Shown: in pieces, positions 62,145 to 64,000 of the stretch
How the letters are laid out: each line of letters starts with the position of its first letter
Position numbering within the stretch: position 1 is the first letter of the stretch
Notes under the pieces: model-generated
Told to the model about the DNA's origin: nothing
Database searches by the model: none
The model's input: the letters and a program-made list of their open reading frames with translations, nothing else
Program-made: the position numbers and the translations under genes
Assembly (NCBI GenBank): GCA_963752285.1
Contig: CAVVXN010000002.1
Coordinates: 480,001 to 544,000 of the forward strand
Direction of reading: 5' to 3'
DNA length: 64,000 nt
From: an uncultured Planctomycetota bacterium
GTDB taxonomy: Bacteria; Planctomycetota; PLA2; JAEUHO01

Positions 62145-63689
62145 TCACCCCGGGGCTCGTCGCGCGCGGCGGCGCACGGCGATCCAGGCGACCCAGGCGA
62201 GGAAGAGGAAGAGGACGACGAGCGCTCCACGCGCGCTCCAGTACACCCACCGGTCCTCCGAGGGCACGTCCACCATGGTGATCGAGGGCCACCAGTCCTC
62301 GTAGAAGTAGTAGCCGAGGATCGCGAGGAGGAGGGAGGGGCTCACCCACCGGCAGATGAACCGGAAGAACCGCGGCACGCGCATCCGCGCGCCCTCGTGG
62401 AGCTCGGTCCACGCGCGGTCGATGCCGAGCACCCACCCGAAGAAGATCATCTCGATCAGCCCGAACACGACGAGCATCATCGTGCCGGCCCAGAAGTCGA
62501 ACTCGCCGAGCCAGCCGCGGTCCCAGAGCAGCGCGAGGGGCACGAGGATGGCGACGTAGGCGACCCCGAGGGCGGCCGTCGCGCGACGGCGCGTCCATCC
62601 GAGCTCGTCCTCCAGGAACGCGACGCACGGCTGCGCGAGGCTCACCGACGAGGTCAGCGCCGCGACGAACAGCAGGAGGAACCACGCGGTGCACATGATC
62701 ACGTCGAGCGGCGCGGTCATGCTGTGGAAGACGAGCGGCATCGAGACGAACGCGAGGTCGAAGATGCTGCCGTTCGCGATCGCCTGCGTCTGCGTCGCGC
62801 CGTAGAACATGAACGCGATGGGGATGACGATGGAGCCGGCGAGGACCACCTCCGCGAACTCGTTCGTGGCCGCCGCCATGAGGCCCGACTGGGCGATGTC
62901 GTCCTTCTTCGAGACGTACGAGGCGTACGTGAGGATCACGCCGATGCCGAGGGAGAGCGTGTAGAATACCTGTCCGGCCGCGCGGAGCCAGACCGTCGGG
63001 TTCTTCAGGAGCTCCAGATTCGGATGCCAGAGGAACGCCAGCCCGTCGAGGTACGTGCGGGACGGGTCCCACGGCGTGATCGTCGCCGTGCGGACGAGCA
63101 TGAAGATCGCGAGGAGGAACAGAAGCGGCAGGGCGATCTTGCAGAGCTTCTCGATGCCGCCGCGGATGCCGTACGAGATCACGAAGAGGTTCGCGGCGAC
63201 GGTGAGCCCGAGGAACAGGTACACGGTCCAGGGCGCGACGAGGTCGGGCTTCGGGTCGAGGCCGCGGTACGCGTTGAAGAAGGTCGTGAGGCCCTTCGCG
63301 TCGGCCTGCGAGGTGACGTGGCCGGTCAGGGAGTGCCACGTGAATCCGAGCGTCCACGACTCGATCAGGGAGTAGTAGACGAGGATCGCGAACGGGCCGA
63401 AGACGCCCAGGACGCCGAGGTACCGGAAGCCGCGGCGGCCCGAGATGGCCTCGAGGATCCCGGGGCCCGTCCCGTGGCCGAGCGAACCGCCGTGACGCCC
63501 GAGGGTCCACTCCATCCACATGAGCGGGAGGCCCACGAAAGCCAGGGCGATCAGGTACGGGATCATGAACGCGCCGCCGCCCTGCGACGCGGCGAGGCCG
63601 GGGAAGCGGAGGAAGTTCCCGAGCCCCACCGCGCTCCCGGCGACCGCGAGGATCACCCCGAGTCTCGATCCCCAGCGTTCCCGGGCCAT
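62145..63689 (-). CDS. Sodium-dependent transporter (NSS/SNF family)
   Basis: RERWGSRLGVILAVAGSAVGLGNFLRFP, GGGAFMIPY, AAGQVFYTLSLG, AALTSSVS; GGGAGG RBS. Confidence 0.95.
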   Translation of the reverse strand: MARERWGSRLGVILAVAGSAVGLGNFLRFPGLAASQGGGAFMIPYLIALAFVGLPLMWMEWTLGRHGGSLGHGTGPGILEAISGRRGFRYLGVLGVFGPFAILVYYSLIESWTLGFTWHSLTGHVTSQADAKGLTTFFNAYRGLDPKPDLVAPWTVYLFLGLTVAANLFVISYGIRGGIEKLCKIALPLLFLLAIFMLVRTATITPWDPSRTYLDGLAFLWHPNLELLKNPTVWLRAAGQVFYTLSLGIGVILTYASYVSKKDDIAQSGLMAAATNEFAEVVLAGSIVIPIAFMFYGATQTQAIANGSIFDLAFVSMPLVFHSMTAPLDVIMCTAWFLLLFVAALTSSVSLAQPCVAFLEDELGWTRRRATAALGVAYVAILVPLALLWDRGWLGEFDFWAGTMMLVVFGLIEMIFFGWVLGIDRAWTELHEGARMRVPRFFRFICRWVSPSLLLAILGYYFYEDWWPSITMVDVPSEDRWVYWSARGALVVLFLFLAWVAWIAVRRRARRAPG

Positions 63690-63835
63690 CGTTCGCCTCC
63701 CTCCCCTGCGCCCCGCGAGGGCCCTCTCTCTACCCGTTCTCGCGCGGGGTTCCAACCTCCGGCCGCGCGGCCCGGCCCGCGACGCGAACGCCCGCGGGGG
63801 CGCTCGCCGCAGGGCGCATTACCCTGGCCCGGACC

Positions 63836-64000
63836 ATGCCCGCCGCCCCCGTCCCGACCCCGAGCGCGGGGCCGCCCGAGGAGACCGGGCGGCCGGACCT
63901 GTCGCGTCTCCGGATCCCGCGCACCGGCGCCGCGCGGCCCTATCGCTCGTTCCCCTGGTTCCTGGTCCTCTGCCTCGCGGCCCTCGCGGGCGCGGCCTGG
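63836..64000 (+). CDS. Partial CDS, possibly an efflux RND/ABC periplasmic adaptor N-terminus
   Basis: MPAAP...DLSRLRIPR...FPWFLVLCLAALAGAAW runs off the window; only the N-terminal anchor is visible. Confidence 0.45.
   Translation, partial: MPAAPVPTPSAGPPEETGRPDLSRLRIPRTGAARPYRSFPWFLVLCLAALAGAAW

Overview
A very GC-rich (visually >70%) bacterial window. It contains several Hanks-type Ser/Thr kinases, an ECF sigma factor fused to a membrane anchor, a sulfatase-like protein, an alpha-2-macroglobulin and large lipoproteins, which suggests a Planctomycetota-like organism (inference). About 38 real CDSs and one tRNA-Cys(GCA) can be supported; most long ORFs in the supplied track are GC-rich shadow frames. 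The right end is housekeeping (sirtuin deacylase, queA, queG, truB, NSS transporter). The most notable feature is a convergent five-gene cluster at 3446-15335 that looks like an undescribed immune/conflict system. On the + strand, a DUF4062 (TIR-like) domain fused to an apparently inactivated SIR2 domain is translationally coupled to an nSTAND1 ATPase carrying a TM helix, two FlhA/SctV-cytoplasmic-domain-like (FHIPEP) repeats and TPRs. On the - strand, a TPR-Ser/Thr kinase is coupled to a DUF4145/HEPN-like + TPR-S protein and followed by an FHA-TM-trypsin protease. No integrase, transposase, CRISPR array or rRNA was found. All domain calls are from motif recognition by eye; no database searches were run.
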